A stretch of DNA of 62,983 nt, the filler included, from Reclinomonas americana ATCC 50394 (taxonomy: Eukaryota): assembly GCA_048213135.1 (NCBI GenBank). It is 7 parts of 2 records of this genome, joined end to end, with 100 filler letters (N's around TTAATTAATTAA, not from the genome) between each part and the next. Parts side by side here need not be neighbours in the genome. Positions count along the whole stretch, not along the records: positions 1 to 14,968 come from PS015028.1; 6 more parts are not named here. One strand, given 5' to 3'. A program made the translations under genes and the position numbers. Of the stretch, positions 1-14,000 are shown piece after piece (the stretch's first letter is position 1; each line of letters starts with the position of its first letter). The notes below the pieces were generated by a model. It was not told where the DNA came from. It saw only the letters and a program-made list of their open reading frames with translations, and made no database searches.

Positions 1-23
1 GCAGCCAGCGGCAGAAACGCAAC

Positions 24-1659
24 GACTGAGATTGAACGCCTGCTGGTATGTTCGCACCGGAGTCCCGCTGTCGGTCACTTGAATAGTGACGGCCATGGTT
101 CCACTCGATCCCGAGTTCTTCACATACAGACTCGTGCCGATGATGGTCAGCAGCGATGCGCCGGAGCCACCCACAATGGCGTACGTGTACGACTGGCCAA
201 CGTCAATATCGGTGGCGGTGAGAGCACCCACCAAAGAGTTCGCCGACGGCGTTGGTGCTTGATACCACGGTGCGTTGGGGTACGTGATGTTGGTTGGCGC
301 GTTGTTGACCGTGATGGTAAAAGGCTTGGAGTACAGGCCTCCTTTGCCATCGTTTGTCGTGATGGTGACTGAGCAGAGCGGAGAGAGGGAAAGAGAGAGA
401 GAGAGAGAGAGAGAGCAACGTTACATCGTGAACACACAAAGATTCGAGAGAGAGCAGGTGCAATGCTTATGAAACTTGACAGCGACGTCGTCAGGCCCGC
501 AGTCGCAAAAGACAATGTACTGCCACTGCAATGGAGAAGGGTATAAGGTCTCAGGCAGGCAGGGCGGCAGCGGAGGATGGGCACGCACGAGATGCTGACG
601 TTTGAAGCATTGACGCCGGTGACCGTGTACGTGAAAAAGATATCGATGGGATCCACATCCGTCGTCGACAAGGTGCCAATGACGAGACCCGCGGTGGAGG
701 GTCCCGCATACGCAGAGTTACTCAGCGTGATGTTACTCGGCGGACTGTTGGTGGCGGGTCCACAACACACAACGCCGCCAGGGGAAAACGCGCCGTTCCG
801 CGCACCATTGGCACTCTGCTGTGAGTAATCCAGACGCCCCAGATTTGCGCCGTAGCAGCTGGTTGTCGTAGCACCACGTCCACTGGAACAGCCACACGTA
901 AGCAACACCTTCTCTCTTGTACGGCGCAAGGAGACACACACGCGCGTGCACGCAACTTGCACTGTTGGCCAATACCCTGCACATCATTTGAGTTCCCGTC
1001 AGCGGCCGCAAAATCGAGCGGTTTACAGGTGCTGTTATCGCCGGCCGCCCGGTAGGCGTAGCAACCGGGAACCGTGACAGCAATGGCATAGGTGACAGCG
1101 CTGAGCGCGCCGCTTGGCGCCTGATCGGTGGATAGACACACGTGATACCCGGAGGCACACAAATTTGTGGCCGACACATCGAGAATCGTCGTCCACGTTC
1201 CCGTGCACGTTCCCACAGCGTAGGTGGCATTGGCCCAGTAGTTGGTCGGCTGACTGCCGCTGCTACACACTGCGCAGTGTGAACACAGAGGGAGAGAGGA
1301 AGAAAGAGAGGAAGAGAGAGAGAGGGAAATGCACGGGAAAATGGAGTATTGATAATCACATATCGATGTGTGAGTGAGAGTGGGTGACTGTGTGTGTGAG
1401 CGCGCACGCGCACACGGCAGTCAAAGACAACGCAACTCGGCGGCACCACGGCGTCGACAAAGGCGACAGGCGAACGCAACACACACGAGACAAGCACCAA
1501 AGCGGTGGTGATGAAAACCACTCGAATGCGCTGTCTGATTTCCTCTCTCCGCGCGCGCTCTCGCCGTCGCCCTCGTTGTTGGGCGACACACATTAATATG
1601 TCACCAGCAATGTCCTCGGCCAGCACGAGGGGCGGGCACTCGGTGCCAGTGCGTGACAT
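24..1659 (-). CDS. N-terminal exons of a secreted protein: signal peptide, Cys-rich domain and two cadherin-like repeats; probably the misoriented 5' end of the giant gene at 2057-27859
   Basis: First exon has a basic stretch, a hydrophobic segment (VVFITTALVLVSCVL) and a VDA|VVPP cleavage-like site, with donor at 1436. Exon 1269-957 is Cys-rich (CSSGSQPTNYWANAT...CASGYHVC). Later exons encode NSPPSNITLS...IGTLSTTDVD...FTYTV and NNAPTNITY...VGALTATDIDVGQSYTYAIVGG...QVTDSG. The last exon ends in phase 1 at 24. The start codon could be 1659 or 1593. Confidence 0.75.
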
Positions 1660-2056
1660 GGTCCGCTCCCACAGAAGAAGACAATCAATAAATGTCGATG
1701 GATGGATAGGTGCCGACTAGACACACTCTCTCTGCGGTGATGGTGAACACACGAGAGAAAGAGAGGAGAAAGTGAGGAGGGAGAGAGGGAGGGGGGTGCG
1801 CTTGGGTTTGCGTCACGCGGAGTGAGTGCGCGAGATTTACGGTCGCGGGCGACGGGTCTACACAACAATCAAGTTCTTTTCGGCGCGACAACTCTCTAGT
1901 GAAGCAACACATTCACGATACGTGAGCAACATACGCGTGACACAATCGATGTGCTTGTACCGTGGTACATTGCATGCACATGAGCNNNNNNNNNNNNNNN
2001 NNNNNGTTCACTCTCCTTTGCTTGCTTGCGTCTTCCTCACCCTGTGGTGATTGTAG

Positions 2057-5000
2057 CCAACTTTGCCCCCACTGCACCGACCCTGTCAAGCACGACGTAT
2101 GTACCGCCCCTAGCCTTAAACGGCATTATCGGCACGCTGTCGTCGACGGATACCAATGCGGGCCAGACGCTGACCTATACCATTACCAGCGGATTGAACG
2201 CTTCGTCGTTCAACGTCAGCGGCACGAGCTTGCGGTCCAACGTTTCAGGCCTCACTGGCAACAACTTGCAAGTGACTGTGCAAGTGAGCGACGGTGTTGG
2301 TGGTACCGCAAGCACGACGTGGTTTATCAACGAAGGTCAGTCCCACCAAATGCATTTAGGAGCTAAGTCCGATGATTGTGGCTAACACTGGTGATTTCCT
2401 GTTGGCAGCCAATGTTGCACCGACGGCACCGACGCTATCCTCGTCGACGTACACTCCTCCTCTGGCCCTGAACGGAACAATTGGCACACTGTCGTCGACG
2501 GATCCCAACACTGGTCAGACGCTGACGTACACGATCAATGGTGGCACGAACTCGGCGTCGTTCAACATCAGCGGCACGAGTCTGCGATCGAATGTGTCTG
2601 GTCTCACGGGCAACAACTTGCAACTGATTGTGCGAGTCAGTGACGGCACACTGACAGCAAGCACAACCTTTACTATCAACGAAGGTTTGTTGTTTTTTCT
2701 GCGCCCTCGCACCGTTTGTCGTGAAACTCACCGCTTTCCCCGTCAGCCAATGTTGCGCCGACTGCGCCGACTCTGTCCAGCAACACGTACATTCCGCCAC
2801 TGGCCTTGAATGGAGCTATTGGCACTCTGGCTTCGACGGACGTGAACACGGGCCAGACACTGACGTACACGATCACGGGCGGCACCAACTCGGCGTCGTT
2901 CAACATCAGCGGAACCAGCTTGCGATCGAATGTGGCTGGTCTTACTGGCAACAACCTGCAGGTGATTGTGCAAGTGAGCGATGGAGCGGGAGGCACGGCA
3001 AGTACCACATTCACCATCAGCGAAGGTGTGGTATCTGTCGTCGATCTCAATGGCCATTCACTTGCGTGCGCTAACAACTCTGTGGCATCACACAGCCAAT
3101 GTTACGCCGACGGCACCGGCTCTGTCAAATAACACATACATACCGCCACTGGCCTTGAACGGAGTGATCGGCACGCTGTCGTCGACGGATCCCAACACTG
3201 GCCAGACGCTGACATTTTCCATTGTTGGCGGCACGAATCAAACCTCCTTCAACATCAGCGGCACGAGCTTGCGATCGAACGTGGCTGGCCTCACTGGCAA
3301 TGGACTGCAAGTAGTTGTGCGGGTCCTGGACGGATTTGTGACTGTGACCTCGACGTTTACAATCAACGAAGGTGTGTGCTTGCGGTAATTTTTGGGACCC
3401 ATCATCCGTTTTTGTGTCCTAACATTGTGTCACCCCGCAGCGAATGTCGCACCGACTGCGCCAACTCTCACCAGCAACACGTACACCCCGCCGCTCGCTT
3501 TGAACGGCGTGATTGGGACGCTGGCGTCGACGGATGTGAACACCGGTCAGACTCTGACGTATACCATCACCGGTGGCACCAACTCGGCATCGTTTAATAT
3601 CAGCGGAACCAGCTTGCGATCGAATGTGGCTGGCCTCACTGGCAACAACTTGCAAGTCATCGTACAAGTGAGCGATGGCGCGGGAGGCACGGCAAGCACG
3701 ACGTTCAGCATTAGCGAAGGTTTGCGTCCATGTCAGTCTTCAGTTGCATCGCTAGCCGTCTGATTCCAGTCTTGTCCGTCAGTCAATGTTGCGCCGACGG
3801 CACCGACGCTGTCGAGCAGCACGTACATTCCGCCACTGGCTTTGAGTGGAGTTATCGGCACGCTGTCGTCGACGGACGTCAATTCTGGCCAGACACTAAC
3901 GTACACAATCACGGGTGGAACGAACCAGACGTCTTTCGCAATCAGTGGCACTAGTCTGCGATCCAACGTGGCAGGCCTGACTGGCAACAACTTGCAAGTT
4001 ATTGTGCGTGTCAGTGACGGATCGTTGACGGCGACCTCGACGTTTACTATCAGCGAAGGTTTGAGCACTTCTACGTCTTTGGTTGCATCGCTTGCCGTCT
4101 GATTCCCCGTCTTGTCCGTCAGTCAATGTTGCACCGACTGCACCGGTGCTCTCCAGCAGCACCTACACACCTCCGCTCGCCTTGAATGGAGTCATTGGCA
4201 CTCTCTCGTCAACCGACCCCAACACGGGTCAGACACTGACGTACACGATCACGGGTGGCACCAATCAAGCCTCCTTCAACCTTAGTGGCACCAGCCTGCG
4301 ATCGAGTGTTGCTGGCCTCACGGGCAACGGCTTGCAAGTGATTGTGCGGGTCAGTGATGGAACTCTGACGGCGACGACAACCTTTCTCATCAGCGAAGGT
4401 CAGTGTGTTATTCTTTTCTCAGGACTCTCTCGATCCACTTATAGTGAGGCTCACACGGTCTTTGGTATCAGCCAATATCAATCCGACTGCACCCACTCTG
4501 TCATCGTCGACGTATACTCCCCCGCTCGCGCTGAACGGCGTGATCGGCACTCTGGCGTCGACAGACGTCAACACGGGTCAGACTCAGACGTACACCATCA
4601 CGGGCGGCACGAATCAAGCATCGTTCAACATCAGCGGCACGAGTTTGCGATCGAATGTGGCTGGGCTGACGGGCAACAATCTACAAGTCATCGTACAAGT
4701 GAGTGATGGGGCGGGAGGGACTGCGAGTGCCACATTCACCATCAGCGAAGGTTTGGCTTTGTGGAAGTCATCCAACCGATTCACCGTTGTGCGCTGATAA
4801 CTCATACGCATCTCGTAGTCAATGTTGCACCGACGGCACCGACGCTGTCAAGTATCACGTACATTCCGCCACTGGCCTTGAACGGAACGATTGGTACATT
4901 GTCGACAACCGATCCCAACACGGGTCAGACACTGACGTACACGATCACTGGCGGTACCAACTCGGCGTCGTTCAACATCAGCGGCACTAGCTTGCGATCC

Positions 5001-8000
5001 AATGTTGCTGGTCTCACTGGCAACAACCTGCAAGTCATCGTGCAAGTGAGTGACGGAGCAGGAGGCACGGCTAGTGCCACGTTCACCATCAGCGAAGGTT
5101 TGTACGTCTCTGCAATGTCTCTGAAGCAATTTGCTTGCCAATAGTGGTCGCTGACATCATCGCCGAATCGCAGTCAACGTTGCGCCGACAGCGCCCGCGC
5201 TGTCGAGTAACACTTACACACCGCCTCTCGCCACGAACGGAGTGATTGGCACCCTGTCATCAACCGATCCCAACACTGGTCAGACACTGACGTACACAAT
5301 CACTGGTGGCACGAATCAAGCCTCCTTCAACATCAGTGGCACCAGTCTGCGATCAAGTGTGGCCGGTCTTACTGGCAATAACCTGCAAGTGATTGTACGC
5401 GTCAGTGACGGAACGCTGACGGCGACGACAACCTTTCTCATCAGCGAAGGTCAGTGTGTTGATTATCTCGGGACTCTCTCGATCCTTTCATCGTGTGACT
5501 CACACGACCGATGTTACAGCCAATGTCGCGCCGACTGCGCCGACGCTGTCATCGTCAACGTATACTCCCCCGCTCGCGCTGAACGGCGTGATCGGCACTC
5601 TTGCGTCGACAGATGTCAACACAGGTCAGACGCTGACGTACACCATCACGGGCGGCACGAATCAGGCTTCGTTCAACATTAGTGGCACCAGCTTGCGATC
5701 GAATGTGGCAGGCCTCACGGGGAACAGTCTGCAAGTTATTGTGCAAGTCAGTGATGGAGCGGGAGGCACGGCTAGCTCAACGTTCACCATCAGCGAAGGT
5801 ATTTTCGTTGAGGTAATCCAATTGTTTCACTGTTGTGCGCTTACATCTCTGCAACATCTTGCAGTCAATGTTGCGCCGACGGTACCGACACTGTCATCGT
5901 CGACGTATACTCCCCCGCTTGCCTCGAACGGAGTGATCGGCACGCTCTCGTCAACCGACCCAAACACTGGCCAGACACTAACGTACACCATTACTGGCGG
6001 CACCAACTCGGCGTCGTTCAACATCAGCGGCACGAGTTTGCGCTCGAATGTGGCTGGCCTCACGGGCAACAACCTGCAAGTGACTGTGCGAGTCAGTGAC
6101 GGCACACTGACGGCGACCACGACATTTACTATTAGCGAAGGTTTGATGCTCTTCGTTTGCCCTCGAATGACTTATCTTGTGGCTCACGGTTGATGACATT
6201 AGCTAATGTGATTCCAACTGCACCGACGTTATCCAGCAACACCTACACACCACCTCTAGCCTTGAACGCAGTGATTGGCACACTATCGTCGACCGACCCC
6301 AACACTGGTCAGACCCTGACGTACACCATCACCGGTGGCACCAACTCGGCTTCGTTCAACATCAGTGGCACTAGTCTGCGATCGAGTGTGGCTGGCCTGA
6401 CGGGCAACAATCTACAAGTGATTGTTCAAGTGAGCGATGGAGCGGGTGGGACGGCAAGCACCACGTTCACCATCAGCGAAGGTTGGTGCACACTTCCAGC
6501 ATTCGGTCCTGCTGCTAGCTGAACCTAGTCCTTCGGTCTTGTTGCAGCAAACGTCGCGCCGACAGTACCGACACTTTCAAGCAGCACGTACACTCCTCCG
6601 CTCGCCTCAAATGGCGTCATTGGCACTTTGGCGTCAACCGATGTCAACACGGGCCAGACACTGACGTACACTATCACTGGTGGAACAAACATGGGATCCT
6701 TTAACATCAGTGGTACGAGTCTGCGATCGAATGTGGCCGGTCTCACTGGTAACAATCTGCAAGTGATTGTGCAAGTGAGCGATGGAGCGGGAGGCACGGC
6801 AAGCGCCACATTCACCATTAGCGAAGGTGCGTTGTGCTTCACGAAGTTTCAGCGACAAGAGTAGCATGCGTGATTCATCCTGCTTTGTGTTACAGTCAAC
6901 GTTGCGCCGACTGCACCAACGCTGTCATCGTCGACGTACACTCCGCCACTGGCCTTGAACGGAGTAATTGGCACGCTAGCATCGACAGACCCCAATACGG
7001 GTCAAACACTGACATACACCATCACCGGTGGCACAAATCAGACCAAATTCACCATCAGCGGCACCAGCTTGCGATCTAACATTGCTGGTCTCACTGGCAA
7101 CAACCTTCAGGTCATTGTGCAAGTGAGTGATGGAGCAGGCGGAACGGCAAGTACCACATTCACCATAAGCGAAGGTTTGCTGTTGTGCGTGTTGTCGAAG
7201 CCAAGCACTCCCGCGCCTCACGGTACTTGTGATGTAGTTAATGTTGCGCCGACAGCGCCCACCTTGTCGAGTAATACGTATGTGCCACCGCTTGCCTCGA
7301 ATGGAGTGATCGGCACTCTGGCGTCGACGGACCCCAATACGGGTCAGACACTGACATACACAATTACGGGTGGCACGAATCAGGCATCGTTCAACATCAG
7401 TGGCTCCAGTCTCCGCTCGAATGTGGCTGGTCTCACGGGCAACAATCTTCAAGTGATTGTGCAAGTGAGCGATGGAACGCTGACGGCGACTACAACATTT
7501 ACAATCAGCGAAGGTGTGCTGTTTTCCCTGGCCGCTTGATCCTATTGTTATGCGACTCACATGGTTGGTGGCATTAGCAAATGTGATTCCAACCGCACCG
7601 ACGCTGTCCTCGTCAACATACACTCCTCCTCTTGCCTCCAATGGAGTGATTGGCACGCTTGCGTCCTCGGACCCAAACACGGGCCAGACACTGACGTACA
7701 CCATCACTGGTGGCACGAATCAGGCATCGTTCAACATCAGCGGCACCAGCTTGCGGTCCAGCATTGCTGGCCTCACTGGCAACAACTTGCAAGTGATTGT
7801 GCAAGTGAGTGACGGGGCGGGAGGCACGGCAAGTACGACATTCACCATCAACGAGGGTGAGTGCTTTTATGAGAGCTGACATGCTCGCGTGCGTGGCTGA
7901 ATCATTCTGTGTTGATGTCACAGCCAATGTCGCGCCAACTGCACCCACCCTGTCGTCATCGACTTACACGCCACCACTTGCCTTGAATGGAGTGATCGGC

Positions 8001-11000
8001 ACTCTGGCATCGACGGATCCCAACACGGGTCAGACACTGACATACACGATCACCGGTGGCACGAATCAAGCATCTTTCAACATCAGTGGCACTAGTCTGC
8101 GGTCCAATGTGGCCGGCCTCACAGGCAACGGNNNNNNNNNNNNNNNNNNNNNNNNNNNNNNNNNNNNNNNNNNNNNNNNNNNNNNNNNNNNNNNNNNNNN
8201 NNNNNNNNNNNNNNNNNNNNNNNNNNNNNNNNNNNNNNNNNNNNNNNNNNNNNNNNNNNNNNNNNNNNNNNNNNNNNNNNNNNNNNNNNNNNNNNNNNNN
8301 NNNNNNNNNNNNNNNNNNNNNNNNNNNNNNNNNNNNNNNNNNNNNNNNNNNNNNNNNNNNNNNNNNNNNNNNNNNNNNNNNNNNNNNNNNNNNNNNNNNN
8401 NNNNNNNNNNNNNNNNNNNNNNNNNNNNNNNNNNNNNNNNNNNNNNNNNNNNNNNNNNNNNNNNNNNNNNNNNNNNNNNNNNNNNNNNNNNNNNNNNNNN
8501 NNNNNNNNNNNNNNNNNNNNNNNNNNNNNNNNNNNNNNNNNNNNNNNNNNNNNNNNNNNNNNNNNNNNNNNNNNNNNNNNNNNNNNNNNNNNNNNNNNNN
8601 NNNNNNNNNNNNNNNNNNNNNNNNNNNNNNNNNNNNNNNNNNNNNNNNNNNNNNNNNNNNNNNNNNNNNNNNNNNNNNNNNNNNNNNNNNNNNNNNNNNN
8701 NNNNNNNNNNNNNNNNNNNNNNNNNNNNNNNNNNNNNNNNNNNNNNNNNNNNNNNNNNNNNNNNNATGTTGAAGGATGCTTGATTCGTGCCACCGGTGAT
8801 CGTGTATGTCAGTGTCTGACCAGTGTTCGGATCGGTGGACGCCAGAGTGCCGATCACTCCGTTCGAGGCAAGCGGCGGCGTGTATGTCGATGAAGACAGG
8901 GTGGGTGCAGTTGGCGCGACATTGGCTGTGACATCAACACAGAATGATTCAGCACACATGCGTGCATGTCAGCTCTCACAAAAAGCACTCACCCTCGCTG
9001 ATGGTGAATGTGGTGCTTGCCGTTCCGCCAGCTCCATCGCTCACTTGTACAATGACCTGAAGGTTGTTGCCTGTGAGACCTGCCACACTGGATCGCAGGC
9101 TCGTGCCACTAATGTTGAACGACGCTTGATTTGTTCCACCGATAATGGAGAACGTGAGAGTTTGACCAGTGTTGACATCGGTTGCCGACAGCGTGAGTAT
9201 GACTCCATTCAACGCTAGCGGCGGAGTGTACGTGACACTCGATGTAGCCGGCACAGTCGGTGCAACATTGGCTACAAGACGACAAGTGCAATATTGTCAG
9301 CCACACTCATGTATCGGGTTGTGGAAGCGAACTGACCTTCGCTAATTGTGAACGTGGTGCTTGCCGTTCCACCGGCACCGTCATTCACTTGCACGGTCAC
9401 TTGCAGGCCGTTGCCCGCGAGACCAGCCACGTTCGATCGCAGATTCGTGCCGCTGATGTTGAACGACGCAGAGTTGGTACCACCCGTAATCGTGTACGTC
9501 AGTGCCTGACCCGTGTTGGCATCCGTCGATGCCAGAGTGCCGATCACTCCATTCAGCACAAGTGGCGGCGTGTACGTCGATGACGATAGCGTCGGCGCAG
9601 TCGGATTCACGTTGGCTGACAATACCAACCGCATGAGACTCACAGCAAACACATCAGATAACACACGGAATCTCGCGTACCTTCGTTGATAGTAAAGGTT
9701 GTCGTCGCCGTGAGCGTTNNNNNNNNNNNNNNNNNNNNNNNNNNNNNNNNNNNNNNNNNNNNNNNNNNNNNNNNNNNNNNNNNNNNNNNNNNNNNNNNNN
9801 NNNNNNNNNNNNNNNNNNNNNNNNNAAGTGGAACGAGTCTGCGATCCAATATTGCTGGCCTCACAGGCAATGGCCTGCAAGTGATCATTCAAGTGAGCGA
9901 CGGAGCAGGCGGAACGGCAAGCACGACATTCACGATCAACGAAGGTGTGTGTGTGTGTGGAGGTTGCTGCTGTAATGCGTTGCAACTCACTGGTCTCCAC
10001 AGCCAATGTTGTGCCTACTGCACCGACACTGTCGAGCAACACGTACATTCCACCTCTTGCCTCGAACGGAGTGATTGGCACCCTGTCTTCAACCGACCCG
10101 AACACTGGTCAGACACTGACGTACACCATCACTGGTGGCACGAATCAAGCGTCATTTAACATCAGTGGCACGAGTCTGCGATCGAATGTGGCTGGCCTCA
10201 CTGGTAACAACCTTCAAGTCATCGTGCAAGTCAGCGATGGGGCTGGTGGTACAGCAAGCGCCACTTTCACGATCAACGAAGGTGTGCATCTTGTCTCGTT
10301 CCCTTTGTTCGTCGCGATTGCTGCTCACTTCATGTGCTTGTGACAGCCAATGTGGCACCGACTGCGCCGACGCTGACATCGTCGACATACACTCCACCCC
10401 GAGCTCTCAATGGGTCGATTGGCACTCTGGCGTCGACAGATGTCAACACGGGTCAGACCCGAACCTACACGATCATTGGCGGCACGAACTCTGCGTCGTT
10501 CAACATCAGCGGCACGACTCTCCGTTCCAATGTGGCTGGTCTCACGGGCAACAATCTGCAAGTGATTGTGCAAGTGAGTGATGGCGCAGGTGGAACAGCA
10601 AGTTCAACATTCACGATCAACGAGGGTCTGTTTTCTGCAATTTTTCGAAGCTAGCCTGTCGCCTTACTCATTCCCGTTGCTGCTGCAGCCAATGTTCTGC
10701 CGACTGTGCCGACATTGTCTCCATCAACGTATACACCGCCACTTGCCTCGAATGGAGTGATCGGCACTCTGGCGTCGACCGACCCGAACACTGGCCAGAC
10801 GCTGACGTATACAATCACCGGTGGCACCAATTCGGCGTCGTTCAACATCAGTGGCACGAGTCTGCGATCCAGTGTGGCCGGCCTGACAGGCAATAATCTG
10901 CAAGTGATTGTGCGCGTGAGCGATGGAGTGGGAAACCGCTCGGCAACATTCACCATCAGCGAAGGTGTGTAGTATTCTCCCTACGCTGTCGTTTTTAGCA

Positions 11001-14000
11001 CTTTCCTTACTTGTCGCCTCACTATACAGTCAACGTTGCACCGACTGCACCGACGCTCTCATCGTCGACGTACACTCCTCCTCTTGCCTCGAACGGAGTG
11101 ATCGGCACCCTGTCATCGACGGATCCCAACACGGGTCAGACTCTGACGTACACAATCACGGGCGGCACGAATCAAGCGTCATTCAACATCAGCGGCACCA
11201 GTCTGCGATCCAGCATTGCTGGCCTCACTGGCAACGGCTTGCAAGTAATTGTGCAAGTGAGCGATGGAACTTTGACCGCGAGCTCGACCTTCACCATCAA
11301 CGAAGGTGCGTGTACGCTCTGCTCCTTGAGCCTTTTTTACGCAGCGAGTATTGGTTTCGTCCTCACCATTTCGCAGCTAATGTTACGCCGAGTGCCCCAA
11401 CGCTGTCCTCCTTGACGTACACTCCACCACGCGTTCTCAACGGAACAATTGGAACGCTGTCGTCTACGGACCCAAATACTGGCCAGACACTGACTTACAC
11501 GATCACGGGCGGCACGAATCAAGCATCGTTCAACATCAGTGGCACGAGTTTGCGATCGAATGTGTCTGGGCTGACGGGTAACAACCTTCAAGTCATCGTG
11601 CAAGTGAGTGATGGAGCAGGCGGCACGGCGAGCACGACATTCACCATCAGCGAAGGTGAGCGTGCTATCCTGTGCTTCGCACTGTGTTTCTCTGTCTCAG
11701 TCCCTGACGCCGCTCTGCACAGCCAACGTGGTCCCCACTGCTCCGGCTCTGTCATCGACCACGTACACCCCGCCACTCGCGTTGAATGGTGTGATTGGCA
11801 CATTGTCGTCGACAGACCCGAACACGGGCCAGACACTCGTATTTTCCATTGTTGGCGGCACCAACTCTGCGTCGTTCAACATCAGCGGCACCAACCTGCG
11901 ATCCAATGTGGCAGGCCTCACTGGCAACAGCCTGCAAGTGATTGTGCAAGTGAGCGACGGTGTCGGCGGTGTGAACACGACAACGTTCAACATATCTGAA
12001 GGTAAGGCGATGCGCTCATTCACTGTTAATCCACTTCATCACACATGTCTATGAGCACAGCCAATGTGGCACCCACTGCGCCGACACTCTCCACCAACTT
12101 GTACGTGGCGCCGCTCGCGCTGAACGGCGTAATCGGCACTCTGGCGTCAACCGATGTCAACACCGGTCAGACACTGACCTTTTCCATCACCGGCGGCACC
12201 AACTCGGCTTCGTTCAACATCAGCGGCACGAGCCTGCGCTCCAGTGTGTCTGGCCTCACCGGTAACGGACTTCAAGTGATTGTCACTGTCAGCGACGGAG
12301 CTGGAGGAACTCGCTCGTCTACGTTCAACATTTCGGAAGGTTTGCGTGATGCAGATGATTTTTGAAGAGATCGCCCTTGGTGCGCTGACTCTCCTCCTGC
12401 AGCCAACATGAGTCCGACGGTCCCCGTCTTGTCGACAACGCTGTACACGCCGCCACTTGCTCTGAATGGCGTGATTGGCACTCTCTCCGCAACACCTGCC
12501 GTGGCTGGTGACACGCTCACATTCTCGATCAGTGGTGGCGCCGACCAAGCATCCTTCAACATTAGTGGCACGGACCTGCGTTCCAACGTCGCAGGTCTTG
12601 TCGGAAACAACTTGCAGGTTGAGATCACTGTCACGGCCAGCTCTGGTGGCACGAACTCCTTCGTATTCGACATTGATGAGCGTTGCGTCAGTCGATCTTT
12701 CTCCTGATTCGTTTCTCTCCGCGTTGTTGTTCACCGCCGTGGCTGCAGTCAACGTGATACCAACCGCACCAACGCTGTCGTCGTCGACATATGTGCCGCC
12801 ACTGGCACTTGGCGGCGTCATTGGCATGCTGTCGTCGACAGACCCAAACTCGGGGCAGTCGCTGACTTACTACGTCTCTGGCGGCACCGACCAGTCTCTG
12901 TTTTCAGTCAGTGGTGGGAACAGTCTCGTGTCAGCGGTGTCAAATCTGACGGGCAACAACCTTCAAGTGATCGTCACAGTCGACGATGGAGCAGGCGGCA
13001 CCAACTCAGCGACGTTTCTCATCAACGAAGGTTGGAGTGCCATGCACTGCGCTCGGCTCTCTTGTTGTCCTCGCTGACCCATCGCTCTTGTCTCTTGCGT
13101 AGCCAATGTGAATCCGACGGCGCCCACTCTGTCAAGCAGCACTTACATCCCGCCACTCGCCACGAATGGCGTCATTGGCACTCTCGCCTCGACAGACGCC
13201 AACACCGGTCAGACGCTGACGTACACCATCACCGGCGGCACCAGCATGGGATCGTTCAACATCAGCGGCAGCAGCTTGCGGTCGAATGTTGCTGGTCTCA
13301 CCGGCAACAGCCTGCAAGTGATTGTGCAAGTGAGCGATGGAGCAGGTGGCACCAACACATCCACATTCACCATCAGCGAAGGTCANNNNNNNNNNNNNNN
13401 NNNNNNNNNNNNNNNNNNNNNNNNNNNNNNNNNNNNNNNNNNNNNNNNNNNNNNNNNNNNNNNNNNNNNNNNNNNNNNNNNNNNNNNNNNNNNNNNNNNN
13501 NNNNNNNNNNNNNNNNNNNNNNNNNNNNNNNNNNNNNNNNNNNNNNNNNNNNNNNNNNNNNNNNNNNNNNNNNNNNNNNNNNNNNNNNNNNNNNNNNNNN
13601 NNNNNNNNNNNNNNNNNNNNNNNNNNNNNNNNNNNNNNNNNNNNNNNNNNNNNNNNNNNNNNNNNNNNNNNNNNNNNNNNNNNNNNNNNNNNNNNNNNNN
13701 NNNNNNNNNNNNNNNNNNNNNNNNNNNNNNNNNNNNNNNNNNNNNNNNNNNNNNNNNNNNNNNNNNNNNNNNNNNNNNNNNNNNNNNNNNNNNNNNNNNN
13801 NNNNNNNNNNNNNNNNNNNNNNNNNNNNNNNNNNNNNNNNNNNNNNNNNNNNNNNNNNNNNNNNNNNNNNNNNNNNNNNNNNNNNNNNNNNNNNNNNNNN
13901 NNNNNNNNNNNNNNNNNNNNNNNNNNNNNNNNNNNNNNNNNNNNNNNNNNNNNNNNNNNCACGTCTACGTTCACCATCAGCGAAGGTTTGCATCGTCTGT

